Shown: positions 30,884 to 43,604 of the stretch, in pieces
Layout of the letters: every line of letters starts with the position of its first letter
Position numbering within the stretch: the first letter of the stretch is position 1
NCBI GenBank assembly: GCA_046563655.1
Contig: CM102290.1
Coordinates: 14,508,001 to 14,572,000, forward strand
DNA length: 64,000 nucleotides
Direction of reading: 5' to 3'
From: Yuukianura sp. NJ FZ-2021
Taxonomy: Eukaryota
The notes under the pieces: generated by a model
What the model was told of the DNA's origin: nothing
Database searches by the model: none
What the model saw: the letters and a program-made list of their open reading frames with translations, nothing else
Translations under genes and position numbers: made by a program

Positions 30884-31609
30884 GCTAAAAGCGATTAAAA
30901 GCTGAAATTTTCTTCTGATTTGTTTCGCAGGTCAAGGTCACACATTTTCACATCTGTATCCTATTTTCCCGCATTCTTTGAATGTCCGTCGTGTTGAATT
31001 TTTTCTCAGAATCTGCAAAACAACAACCAATTACTAATTTGACCTTTTGACCCCAAAAATAAGAATGAATTTTTTTTACCCAATGTCTTTACACAGTCCC
31101 GCTCCCGGCTAAAAAAATTTTTTTTTTTCAAATTGAAATAAGATAAATATGAAGTTGGCGCGCATGGTTTTTTTTTCACGGAAGCCAGAAGTACACATTG
31201 ACGTTTTATAACTTCTAAATACTTAGCTTTTGCCATACGTTATACCCATTTAGTATAATTAACACAATCAATAGAATTATTTATTGAGTTTTTAAAAAGT
31301 TATTTTTAGTTTCCAATATATTGGGACCGAAAGGTAACTTCTATTTTGTCATCATCGGTGAGTACAAGAATGTTCAACTCGCCTTACTGCAACCAGAGGC
31401 CTCGCACTTTGTTTTCTTTTTGGTTGGCGCGAAATAACTTTTAAATAAAAATTCGAATTTCAGCCCTTATAATTTTTTGAACAATCTTCCATCTTCTCTA
31501 CACGATAGAATTTGCGAAGAAAACCAATTAATTCTAATTATAACTAATTGATGATTAACTTTGGATTGACCGCTGAGCACATTCAGAGTGAACCTGGTTC
31601 GCGGGAGCC

Positions 31610-32677
31610 ATGCTGCGGAATGTCATGCGTCTATTGGCCGGGGTAAGTTTACTTGAATTTACAATAACTTTAGAAATCTATAATTTTATGTAGACTGATT
31701 TTACGTAAGTAACCTGTAGAACATAACAACTTTGTTAATTTTACGTTTTTTATGAAACATGGATTTGTTCATTGGTCTCTGTGCTGATTTTGTTCTAAAC
31801 GTTATATTTGTAGAGTCCTGTTGCACCGTTGATTGGTTTACGGAGTCAGATTCCAAGAGTCAGCAACTTACGTGAGTTTTGCTATTTTAGCTAAACATCG
31901 TCAAAAATTGACCATGTTTAAAAGAAGGAATAAGTTGTACATTGTCTAATTGGTTATGAACAATTGATTGTATCTGCAGAGCTACTGGGAATGAGAAAGT
32001 TGTCATCCTGGCCCCCGCATTCTCGGCTCAACAGTGCTGTAGCACCTATACGAACTTATTCATCTGCAACAGCTCCAGCAATATCTGAACAAGAGCCTAG
32101 TGTGATTGCTAAGATCAATGACCAGATCCGCTCAGAGAGTCTTGGACGACTCTTCGCCGTGATCCACATTTGTGGTAGACAATTCAAAGTCACTTCAGAA
32201 GATGTCATTGCTCTAAGGGGGTATTGGGCCCCGGACATTGGAGATCGCATTCGACTGGAAAAGGTTGATCAAACAAAAATTCAAATCATTCAAAATCTGA
32301 ATCAGTACGTGATTGAATCGAGATTAACTTTTAATTTCTTCTTTGTTTCGTAGGTGTTACTTGTGGGAAGCTCAGATTTTACTCTCATTGGCAAACCACT
32401 TCTGCCCAGAGATTTAGTTCGAATAGAAGCCACTGTAATCGAGAAGACAATGTCTGATACCAAGTTACGGTTTCGGATGAAGGCAAGAAAGGACTACAGA
32501 CGTCTAAATTGTAAGTCGTACGCTTTAAGTTGATTAATTGTACTCTAAATGAATTCCTTCTTTTTTTTAGTTTACAAAATCCCTTACTCCATGGTTCGTA
32601 TCAATTTGATCGCATTTGATGGTCTGGTTGACGAACTGAAAGACATCGAAGGACTGCGACCAGAGACACTGTGGTAG
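31610..32677 (+). CDS. MRPL21: Mitochondrial ribosomal protein L21 (bL21m), 5 exons
   Basis: Arg-rich presequence; [22 protein letters not shown]...[26 protein letters not shown]...ATVIEKT. Confidence 0.95.
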
Positions 32678-33413
32678 CCTAGATACTAATTTATCTCTTT
32701 TATATAACATTTAGAAATAAAAAGTTATTGTCACTTACAAACCGTTTCAATTCACACCGAACCGATTATGAACTTTACTGTCATAATTAATCGATTAACG
32801 TTGCACAATTACGACGTCTCGTCTCACTTCTCCTGAAACCGCGGCACTCTGACCCGCCAAACGAGTTTCAAATCTCACCAAAATGTTTTTCTTCACAGAT
32901 TACAAAAAAAAAAAAACTTCCGTTGGCTCAAGGATTAAGCACCCTCATTGTAACAGCAGAACTCCAGCCATTGTTGTGGCTACAATAGCTGGTGGCAACT
33001 TATGCAGCCACTTAGCGATTACCTAAAGTGGCAACATATGTTACGCATGGTGTAGCAGCAAATTGTGCACCGAAAATTAGCTACTCACCTGAAAATAAAA
33101 TTGTAGTTGGTAAACCTTACTGCAACCAAAATCTCTCCGGTTCTTGTTGGTCGTGGTCCGTGTAAATTAATTAATTGTTTACTCAATTTTGGTTACTAAA
33201 TAGTACTGGAACACTACTGAGGGTGGAGGTGGTGGGACTGGCTGCTCTTGTGGTTTTTTCGCAATTACGGTAGAATTACAATTACGACAAACGTTTGTAA
33301 TTAGGTGAAGTCAATTAACATGTATCAAAGGAAGTGAAGGAAGGAAGGAATTGTGCTTAGTTTAAGACTATTAGTGATAATTCAGTAATTAACTTTTTTT
33401 TCCAATACAGGAA

Positions 33414-35422
33414 ATGGACTTACGTCTCCACATGCCGAGTCCTGGTCGTGGACGTGGGCGAGGAGGCTCAGTTGTCGTCAGTATGAAGCCTACAGTGACC
33501 GTCGTTGACCCCGGACTGCACAAAGCAGTTGGATACACTGTTCAACACCTTCGTCAGCCTCTGCACCCATTGCATTCCCTAACTAAGAAGACGTTCATAG
33601 TCACTGGGAGTTACAGCCATAAGAAGGTCCACATTGTTCCTGCACACACTCGGCAACTGGCGACATTGAAACTCAACGACACAATTGCTACGGAAGTTAG
33701 GGATCGTAAGTCCATTACCTTGAAAATCAATTAAGTTAGGATTATCGGATTGAAGTACGTTACGATAACGTTTTGTTTCTTGATAGTTCCTTACTTGAAT
33801 CTGCCGCCGATGATTGGCCATGTCGTTTTGGCTGAAAACATTGCCAACCAACTGTTCATGAGAGTGGAAGTGACAGAGTACTACAACACTGGACCAAACA
33901 CAGGAAAAGCTTGTGTCAGATGTGTTGACACTGGGCGGAGCTACCGTTATGATATTACTCTACTGAAGCATGTCAATGACAAGATCATGGATGTAAGTTT
34001 CGGATTCATGCGTTAAAAGTAGAGTACGTCAGCGCAGATCATTGAAACGTTATAATGTTTCCAGAAATTGATAAAATTGTTGGCCCAAATAGAAATAATG
34101 TTTCTTCTTTTCAGATTCCAGTAATCGGCTATGGGGTGACGTTGGCTGAGATACCGGACTTTGCTCCGAAGATTTTTCCAGCAGATTTTGCCAAATTCAT
34201 TAACAAAATTAGACAAGAGAAGACAGAGTACAAAGTGGTAAGTTCTTCACACTTTTTAACCATACTAACTAACCCAATACCCAAAGCTTACATAATTGCA
34301 TAATTCCATTATGTTTAGTTACATAATTACATTATGTTTTAGCATGTGAATGCAGATGGGTCATTTTCGCACATGACTGGCGTTCACAGCAAGAAGAGTC
34401 TCGCCTCGGAAATTCTGAATCTTGGCAAGTGGCAATGGGAACGCATAGCCTTGAAGTCCACTCCATTTGAACGGACAGACGACGCAATTTTTGCAGGTAA
34501 AACTCAGTTTTAGCTTTAAACTAAGTTTTCGATTAACTTTTTTTTTAGCGAGAAATTAACTTTTTGATTAACTTTAACTTTTAGCTGGGAATTGGGAGAA
34601 GTATCCAACAGCACTTGTGCCAAATCCTGGTCCGTTGCCATGGACTGACTACTTTTGTGCCGAAGTTGTTCGTGACGCTGGATTTGAATCGCTGGTGGGA
34701 GCTAATGGGAAGAAGTTAGACTACGTGTCAATTTTCATCAAGCCACTTACGCCTGAGTGGGGCAACTTAAAGTTTACATTGGATGCTCAAGTTGCCGAGT
34801 ACATGAACATGGTCAAACCATCGCCCTTCTTCCCAGCCCAAAATGAAATGGTTTTTGTCAGATTTCGTAAGTTCTCAAATTTTGAAATTTTGAGTAATTC
34901 AGGGAAAAAAAAATAAGCGATGAATCTTTAATCCAGTTGGATTTGGTTTTTGATTGTAGCGGACAGCATTCCAGGGGAAAACTCAAGGAAGTTGCATCGC
35001 ATGCTCAGGATTGACGTAGTGACGAATGCTTATTTTGACGTGGATCGCGGCAGGATTTATCGCATTGACCCGGAAGTTGAAGGATACGAATTTCGAAAAA
35101 TCTTGCCCGATTTTGTCCGAATTCCGTTGTTTACATTGGAAGGAACCATACTCGGTAACTACAAAAACTAAAATTTTGAAAGTAGATGTTACACTTTTGA
35201 AAAACTGACGTTTTTTAAACTTTTTTAGTAATCCACTTTGTTTTTGTTTTTCAATTTTTTTTAGAATTGGAGAAGGACAATCCGAAGCACGTTGACTTTG
35301 TGAAGAACAATTTCAAAGCAAAGAAGCGATTTCATTTTCAAATTGTGAAAGAAGACCAAATTTACGACGACGGTCTGACGGTGCTCCGTTGCTTTGAACT
35401 GATGTCGTACTTGCTAGGTTGA
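33414..35422 (+). CDS. Protein with N-terminal RG motif and two divergent extended Tudor-like domains, 7 exons
   Basis: GRGRGRGG; Tudor 1 PPMIGHVVLA...FMRVEV...CVRCVDTGRSY...LLKHVNDKIMDIPVIGYGVTL; Tudor 2 PAQNEMVFVRF...LHRMLRI...YFDVDRGR...FRKILPDFVRIPLFTLEGTI. Splices keep frame to TGA at 35420-35422. Confidence 0.75.
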
Positions 35423-35432
35423 TGTCGCTTTC

Positions 35433-35512
35433 CAGCAGCGATTCAGCGATGACAAGAGCTCAGCAGCGATTCAGCGATGATAAGAGCTCAGCAGCGATTC
35501 AGCGATGACGAC
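35433..35512 (+). repeat. 28-bp tandem repeat (CAGCAGCGATTCAGCGATGACAAGAGCT), ~2.7 copies, just after the Tudor stop
   Basis: Read directly from the sequence. Confidence 0.9.
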
Positions 35513-38500
35513 ATTCATGTCACCGAAGTGCTTCTTAGTGTATTTGTACGTATCCTAACTACTTTTTTTAAATTGTAAGTTAAATTATCTAAGAAAGTTG
35601 AGATGTTATTAGATTAACCTAACTTTTGATACATTTTTGTTATGCCAAAATATTAATTGGTAATTCGATTTAATTAATTTTGTATGGATTAATTTACTTT
35701 TGGTGAAAATTGCAAGATAATCAGTCAGTCAATGAGCGAATTACGAATGACCAATTTGGAATGTAACAATGTAAGTTTTCATAATTTGAAAAAGTTTTGA
35801 GAGTAAAGTTTAATATAAGTTGACAAGTTTCCAATTCCAAAAATTTTTAAAACGAACTTTTGAAACTTTTGTGAAACTGTGATGGATTAATGTTAAAACC
35901 TAAAACTTTTTTTTGAGTTTGTTTCGTGGGAAAAGATCGGCAAAAATTTCGTTTGTGTAATTGAAGAAGTTTAGAGAAAAAAAAGTTTTTCTTGATAAAT
36001 TCGTGTGAGGCATACGGCACATGCTTGTAACTTTTACAATGTTCTGTTCACAAACTTTTTTTTGAAAGTTTTTTGAAAATGAGAACAAAAGGGAACCGTT
36101 TGAACAAGAAAGTCCAAGACACGGAGTTAACTTTTTTGTTTTGTAAAAATTGATTCCCAGCGGAGCTCAATTACTTTTCATTTTCTCATAATGCTGAAGA
36201 GTGTTGATTCATCCATTGAATTTCATTTGGGTTGGATTATGGGAGTGGAGGTCAGGCGGGGTCAAAGGTCAAAGGACAATTTAGATCCGTAATGCACAGG
36301 AGAAACGTGTTTGGAAATAATTCACACCGGAAGTAATATTTTCCCAACCAATTGTTGTAATGCGATACTTAAATGTTTCGGTTTAGAGACTAAACTAGAC
36401 TAACCCACCCATTACGATTTTTTTCAAAAAAAAATGAAAAAAAATTTCTGAAATTATAAATTGTTTCCTCAAAAGGTCAAATGATCACAATCGAACTCAT
36501 CTTCATCATGTTTTTGTTTGCTAAACTACTAATAGATCTTTGAAAATCAGGTTTTCAAAATTACGAAATTTTAACAACACTTAACATTTTCAGAAACAGT
36601 AAAAGTGGTCCAGGGTACTCATTTTTTTTTTCAAAGTTTAACGTTTTTCGAAAAATCAACTTTTTTTTTTTTGTTTCAATGAAAATTGAAATAAAAAAGT
36701 GATGATCTGGACCACTTTTTTTGAAGTTCATGGAGACCTTGAAAAGGACTCCTGTTTTGAAGGGCTCTCTGGGAACAAGGTTGAGGTTGGTTGAAAGAAC
36801 TTAACGTTATCGTAAATTTCCAAATAGTAACCCTCTCTCAAAAGTACCTATTAAGTACCCCCCTCAAGTCCTTCTCCCCTTAAGTACCCCTCCCTCAAAG
36901 GTCAAATGTCAACGAAAGTATTAGTACCCGACCCCCGAAGGTCAACGATTGTGATAGTACCCCTTCCTTAAGTACCCCTCCCTCAAAGGTAAACGAAAGT
37001 ATAAGTACCCGGGGGTACTACTTGAACATTTACGGTAGGTTAACTAACCTAACATGACGCCTTCGGTATGTTAACCCCCGACATCAAAGGAAAAGCAGAA
37101 GTTAGGTTGAGAAACCTGTTTTGGTTAACCTAAGATCCTAATCATTTCCTCACAGTTAGGTTCTGGATTCAGGTTAGGCTAAGATTAGGTTAGGCTAAGA
37201 TTAGGTTGGGGATCTGTTACCTCAGTATGTGTAATAAATGAATGGGTAATTGTAATTAGTTGAGAGAAGGAATTCCGGATTCCAGGGAGATTCAAGGGTC
37301 CAGAGGGGCCCTTAACTCACCAAAAAAGTGGCCTAACCTCCTTAAGCCATAGTCCTTTTTGTGAATGAAACCGCGCTCCTTGTTTCAACAATGAAATTTT
37401 TTCAAACAGGGGCCCTTCAAAGTACCCCCCCCCTTCTCGATTCCCTGGCTTCTTTGTTTTTTTGAATGAGAGCCTTTCTTTCTTGTTTCAAGAGAAAAGA
37501 GCGGGATAGGGGGCCCTTGAAAGCTCTAATGGTTGGTTGACTCTAATTTATTAGTAAGTGTCTAAAAAATAGTAAGGGGTGGGGGGACTTGACGTACTGA
37601 CAGTGCTGACCTCTGGCCCTTTTGTGCCATATTTGACACGAAGATGAATAGACCCTTGACCTTTGACCTTGAACTGAAGTCTAATAAGAAGGGGTTGAAC
37701 AGCCAAGGGCCGGGGGCCCTTGGATCTTGTAACGCTAGTTTCAGATAAACATCATTTCACTTTTGTGCGAAAAAAAATTTGTACAAACTTTTAAAAAAAT
37801 ACGATTTTGAAAAAAAAAATTAGTATAACTTTTCTGAAAAATACAATTTTTTAGAAAAAAAAAAATGGTCATTTGGCCTCGTGGTCGGAGAGTTTCGGAC
37901 AGAACAGGTTGCAGGATTTTCAAAATTTTGAATTTTTTTTTAAAGTACAATGGAAAACTATGAAGTAAAATTTCGAAATTTGGGTGTCCATTAGCTTGAC
38001 ATGTCAACGCCTCCAGCGTTGCGCCTGCTCAAAGCAATGATTAATGACCAAGGTTCGTTTGAGCAACTTTTGTCACCACCGCAAACTTTAACAACCGTTT
38101 TTCAAAAAAAACTTTTTTAAACTTTAAAAAACTTTTTTGAACAAGTGACAATACGGAGACTTGTTCAAGGGTCTCCTTTTCCAGTTGATTGAAAAAGATG
38201 CCCTTGATAAGGGCCCCCCTCAAAACTTTTGTACAAAAATTAGAAGCGTCTTAATCATATCTCGGAAATTTTGAAAAATGAAATCTGAAAAGCCAAATAA
38301 TTTTGAAACCGCTTGACTTACCGCCTCCAAGTTGATATTTTTGAGAAAGCGGGAGTAGTGAGAGGGCACTTTTGAGTGAGCCCTTGAAGGGTACCCCTCA
38401 AAGGGTACCCTTAAAAGCGGTATTTTGTTTTGAAGGGACAAAGTATAAGGTATTTTGATGATCATGACAAGGCAACAGTTTTTAAAGTTCTAAACTCTCA

Positions 38501-40239
38501 CAGTGTGTGGACCATAAAACAATTTCAAAATATTTTTTTTAAATTTTCAAAAAACGATAGAACACACAAAGTCTGTTTGAAAAAAAAAAGTTAATGGAGG
38601 ATGACGACTGCCCGTGGCTGAAGGAATTCGTAAATCCAGTGAGTGACAAAGGAACAACCTGCCACTACCAAATTATGTTGTCTTAAGGGGTGACAGGTTA
38701 TAACTTTTTTGAACAAAAATTTCGGTTTTTCAAAAAAAAAAAGTTTTCAAAAACTGAATTTTTTGTAGGTTAGGTTATAACAAAACATAGCTCAAGGAGG
38801 TTTCCAGAAAGTTTGGGAAAAGGTATTAAAAGTTGGATTTTTGGATTTGAAAATTTTGAAAAAAAAAAACTTTAAACTTTTTAACTTTTAACAAAATATT
38901 GAAGCGTTTTGTTTTGCAATGGCTGTTGAAATAAGATAGTTCTGGCTTTGTGTTTTGACTTGTTCTATTTTTTTTTTAATTTTGAAATTTCATTTTTTTG
39001 AAAAGTGAGTGCGTGAGGTTGAGCATTTAAATTGTAACTTGTTTTTGTGCTGTTTATGCCTCCTGTGCTCCTGTCTTTCCATGGGGTCTGGAACACAGGG
39101 AGTAACTATATTTCGAAACTTTTTTTTTTCGTTTTTTGAAATTTTTCATAATTTGGAATTTGTGCTTATTAGTCTACCCCCGCGGAATCGTAACAATGAA
39201 ACCTGCATATCCTGCAGAGCAGTCGAATGAACATGAAGTTGGAAGAAAAACAAAAGTTTTCAGAAAACATTCCAAAAATTGATTTTTTGAAAACAAAAAA
39301 AAATGGAATTTTCACAAACTCCAATAGTTGCTGTTTTTAGGTTTCCAGTCAAAGTCCAAAAAAACATCAAAGTTTTTGCAATTTTTTTCAATTTTTGCAA
39401 TTAAGAGATGCGAGTTTTCCGACTTTCTCTTTAAAAATATTGTTTTCTTTGTGGGACTCGGTATGATTTTTTTTTAACATTTTTTTTGAAAAACTTTTTT
39501 GAACAAAAAATTTTGGAAGCCTTCGGGTAGGGTAACAACAACAACAGTGTGAACCCATCAAAATCAACTTACCCTTTCATTTTCTTCTGGAATTTGATAA
39601 ATAACCTCCAATCATGCGCACAGCCAAAAAAAACTTTTTCAAAACAACTACAAAAAAATTTCAAAAAAAAATTCAGTCGTTCTAGAACATTTTCAAAACA
39701 TAACTGTAAGCGGAATTTGTTTAAAAGCAATTCTAAATTCAAAAAATTCTGATTTGACACATCTGAAATGTTGTGACAAACTTTTCTTTCTTTTTCAAAT
39801 GAAGGCGCGTGTGAACTTTTTTAAAAATTTCCCTTTTGAAAAAACAGACCCTACCTGACAATGTCCATTGTTTTGAAAATTCCAAATTTCTTTTGGTAAT
39901 CACAGAGTAATGGGCTCTAACACCCCACTTCCTGTTTTATCCATTCACAAAACACTTTTTCCATAGTGCGGTGTTCCTTCTGGAATTCGAAGTCCCCTTG
40001 GGGTCATCCTTGTGAAGGGTCCCCCTTAAGTACCCTTAAGGCTCCCTTTGACTTCTGCTCCTCACTGGAATGCCACTGGCCCTCATTTCAAACGCATCAA
40101 ATTACTCAAACAACAAAGCATATCAAAAGCAACCAGCCACAAAAGCGGCAATTTACGATTTCCAAAAAGTTACAAGTCACAACCAACCTCAAAATTACTT
40201 ATTCCCGCCCTAACTTTTTTGTTAAGCAGCGCTTAACTT

Positions 40240-40455
40240 TCTCTTGTGTGGATGAAATTGGCGTGGATAAAGTTTTTGTTGAAGTAATTTAATGTGGGTG
40301 AAAGTCGTGTGGAGAAACTTTTTGTTGAAGTAATTTGATGTGGATGAAATCTTGTGTGTAAGAAATTTTTATTGAAATGCTTTTTACGGTGATTTTGGAA
40401 AAATTGTGGATGAAATTGGCGCAGAGAAAGTATCCATTGAGGTAATTTTGTCGCA
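40240..40455. repeat. Degenerate ~47-bp tandem repeat (GTGGATGAAATTGGCGTGGATAAAGTTTTTGTTGAAGTAATTT)
   Basis: About 4 diverged copies downstream of the protease-homolog stop. Confidence 0.7.
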
Positions 40456-40690
40456 GTTTATTGACTATGTTAAGTTAGGTATGAGAAGCGTAAGGGCTAC
40501 TTGAATCCAAGCCGCTGGAAACGTAAAGCTCTCAAAGTTGGCGCCATTTTTCAAATTTCCAGAATTTTGTGGTGTTTCCGGGGGTGATCGGGGGTTGATA
40601 TCTGTGACTTCGTTGGGCAGGAGGATGGTGTAGCGCGGACCGAAGGGTGAGGGGGGCCCTTGACCTCTAGAGGGGTGACCTCTAGAGGGG

Positions 40691-43391
40691 TCACCCACTC
40701 TTCTGGCTACTGGCATCCACCGTCACCCTGTCAGTGTCATACACCGACACTCTGGCGGCCACGGTTTGGTCAATCCATGACCGCAGTTTGGTCACGTCAA
40801 CGTAAACACCTTGAAAAAAAATCAAAATTTTCGTAATTTTGAAGATTCTCGGAGAAAGTTCGAAGTATTTTTTTTTACCAGGAACGCCGTAGGTGCCACA
40901 ACCAACGCCTGTAACATGTCAAGAAATTTTCGAATTAAAAAAAACTTTTTTCTGAACTTTTTTTTTTGAAAAATCTGAAAAGTTTACCCCATGAAACGAT
41001 TCCTGCCAAAACGTATCTCCAAGGGTCCACTGTGCTTGGGCACACAAGCGGCCCGCCTCCATCACCCTAGATTTGCGCAATCCAAAAATTTTGTACTTTA
41101 AAAAGTTAATGAGTTAAGGTGCCCTTACAATGCAAGTGTCCAGGCCCTTAAGTCCCCCTGCACACACGAAGCTCTCGTGCAAGGTAAACTTCGTTCCAAG
41201 ATTTGTTTTGCGCAGGGCCGTTTGGCAAGTCGTTTTCGAAACAATCGGCAGCTCCACTTCTTTCAAAATGGACTGATATGTCCCGTTTTTACCTAATTTC
41301 GAAAAAGTAAAATTTCGAAATCTTTTTTTTTGAAATTTTTTTGAAAAGTACCGAATTGGTTTTTGCCCCATCCAGCAGCCCAGCATGAACTGTTGTCATA
41401 GTTGGGGTAGCCTTGCGGTAGACAAATCGTATCGACGTGTGGAGCAAGAACAGCAGGCTTAGCAAGGAAAATTAACGCAGCGTCATAGTACAGCCCACCA
41501 CCGTAGTACTTCGGATGCAGCACGATTTCACGAGCCAAAATGTTCTAAAATTTTGAAAAAAACAACTTTTTTGAAAAACTGTTTTTTTAGGAATTTGAAG
41601 GGCTCGGACCCTTCGCTCCCTTTTGTGTTTTCCCGGTGCATTCCTGTGCCGTGTGTTTTCTGACAAGAAAATGAGTATGTTTTCAATTAAAAATATTGCG
41701 GTTGTGGTAGGGGGTAAACAGAAGAATTTTTTTAAGTTTTGAAAATTTTGAAATTTCAAAAAAAAGTACCCTCAAATACCTGTGAATTTGGGATTCGTGG
41801 CACGCACATGCATTGTGCCGAACAGCTTCCAAGTTTTTTGAAAAAAATGAAGATTTACCGTTTTGATTTTTCAAAAAAAGTGTTTACATATTTTCTGTTT
41901 ACAAAACTTTTTTAAGCAGTTGGTGTTTTTTCTTTTGCTGTTTTTGCATTTTTTTTTTCAATTTTTGCACTTTTTTAAAAATTTGACGGTTTTGATGTAG
42001 CTTGCAGTGTATATTGCGTGTGCGGCGAAAGGAATAGCAAATGTTTTACCAAAATCCAAACATGAAAAACCGTAAATCACAAATGTTGTGCCAAATTTTT
42101 TTTTCAAAATTTTAAAAATTGGAAACATGAAAATCCGTAACCTGCGTTGCATGTAAAATGCAATAATGCTGTAACTGCACGAATACAAACCTGGTCAGGA
42201 TAGAATTCCAATGAACTTTGAGTGTCCCACTCTCCAAGACGAATCGTAAGATGGTCAGGTCGTTTTCTAAAACAAAAAAACTTAAGGTCATTGACGTTTC
42301 GAAATTCAAAAATTTCAAAATTTTGAAAAATTGGAACTTACCCATTGACGCAGTGTGCAGCAGTGATGACGACAGACGGCCATATTAGCGAAGCTCCACA
42401 CAGAAATTGTGCAGCTTTTTTTCCTGCCACGATTTTCCATTCCAAAATGGCTCCAATCCAAGGATATTCCCCGAATTGGGCTTCAGAGTCCTTCAAAATT
42501 TTGAAAATTTTCAAAATTTTGAAATGTTTTGGAAGAAAACGGCAACCACAGAAAATTTCTGTTTTTTTTTTCAAAATCTGACCTTGAATCCTAAGATTCG
42601 GGCGTTGATGCCATTGGGATTGAGTGTACCACACTTGGGTGTGAATCCAGGAAACGTTGGCGACGTTGTCACTTCGGGCGACGTCGTCGTGGATGTCGTC
42701 GTGGTGACAGAGGGATTGCGACAACAAACTTCAATGATGCTCTTGCATGGCCAACCCCATCGAATGTCAATTGTCGCACTTCCGTCAACAATCTTTTTAT
42801 TTAAAGAAAAAACGGGGAAAGGCTTTTTCAAAAAAACGAAAAAAAAAAGAGACAAAGACGCATAAGCCAATCAGCATTAGTCGGTTAGCAACGACGCAGG
42901 AGCAACAATGCTTACGGCAAAATTTGACGCATAACTAGGCAAACGTCAAAAATTGACGTAACTACGCAAACGTCAAAAATTGTCGCAAGTGGTTACCTGG
43001 CCTTCGTCGCAGTAGTAGTAAGGAACGCAAGTGCATGCAGGAGACGTCGTTGGAGGCGGAGTCAACGTAGGTGTCGTAATGCCCCATACAGGGGCACTGC
43101 GACCTTGCAGACTTTTGTCTAAATTTTTGTTAAAAAAGTAAAAATTAAAAAAAAAAGTTTTTGAAAACAGTTTTTATGAAACCTTTCATTTTTCGTACTG
43201 ATTTTCGAAGGTTGTTGACTTTTTGACTTCTCCGGAGCAGGAGGAGGAGGATCTGCTACGTCAACTTTCGGAGAATCTTCGCTTTCTGACCAAAGCCAAC
43301 CGGCAGACCTGATTGGTCGAACCAAATTCGGAGTTGAGCTGGTCAGAGTACACACAATTCCAAGTAAAATTGAAATTTTGACGAAAACCAT
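40691..43391 (-). CDS. Secreted CLIP-domain serine protease homolog (PPAF-II/masquerade-like), non-catalytic
   Basis: Signal peptide; clip cysteines CTCVPYYYC...IDIR..PCKSIIEVCC; EAQFGEYPW, TAAHC, RLGEWDTQ, YYDAAL; DTCIGDGGGPLVC with Gly in place of the catalytic Ser; 30-nt exon at 40879-40908. Confidence 0.93.
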
Positions 43392-43596
43392 TTCAAAATT
43401 TTGAAATTTCGGAAGTCTCGTGACTGAAACCTAATGGATCACAGTATTTAGAATTTTTTCTGATTCAGGAATTCGGAACTTCAAGCGTGTTGGACTGGAG
43501 TTGGAATGGATTAGAAGAAGATTTTTCAAAATGGGGAAAATTTTTCAAAATTTTGAAACTTCAGGACAGAATTGGAAATGAAGAGTAGTAGCGGGG

Positions 43597-43604
43597 TTTA
43601 TATA
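43597..43604 (-). promoter_or_regulatory. Candidate TATA box of the CLIP protease homolog
   Basis: TATATAAA on the minus strand, ~24 nt upstream of a TCATTT Inr-like motif and ~205 nt upstream of the ATG. Confidence 0.45.

Noticed and set aside
37165..37210. TTAGG-containing repeat resembling arthropod telomere sequence
   Set aside because: Only a few TTAGG embedded in a 15-bp duplication; too short for an interstitial telomeric array.
40465..40716. 83-aa Pro-rich minus-strand ORF
   Set aside because: Out of frame with the protease homolog, which stops at 40691; lies in its 3' UTR with short palindromic repeats.
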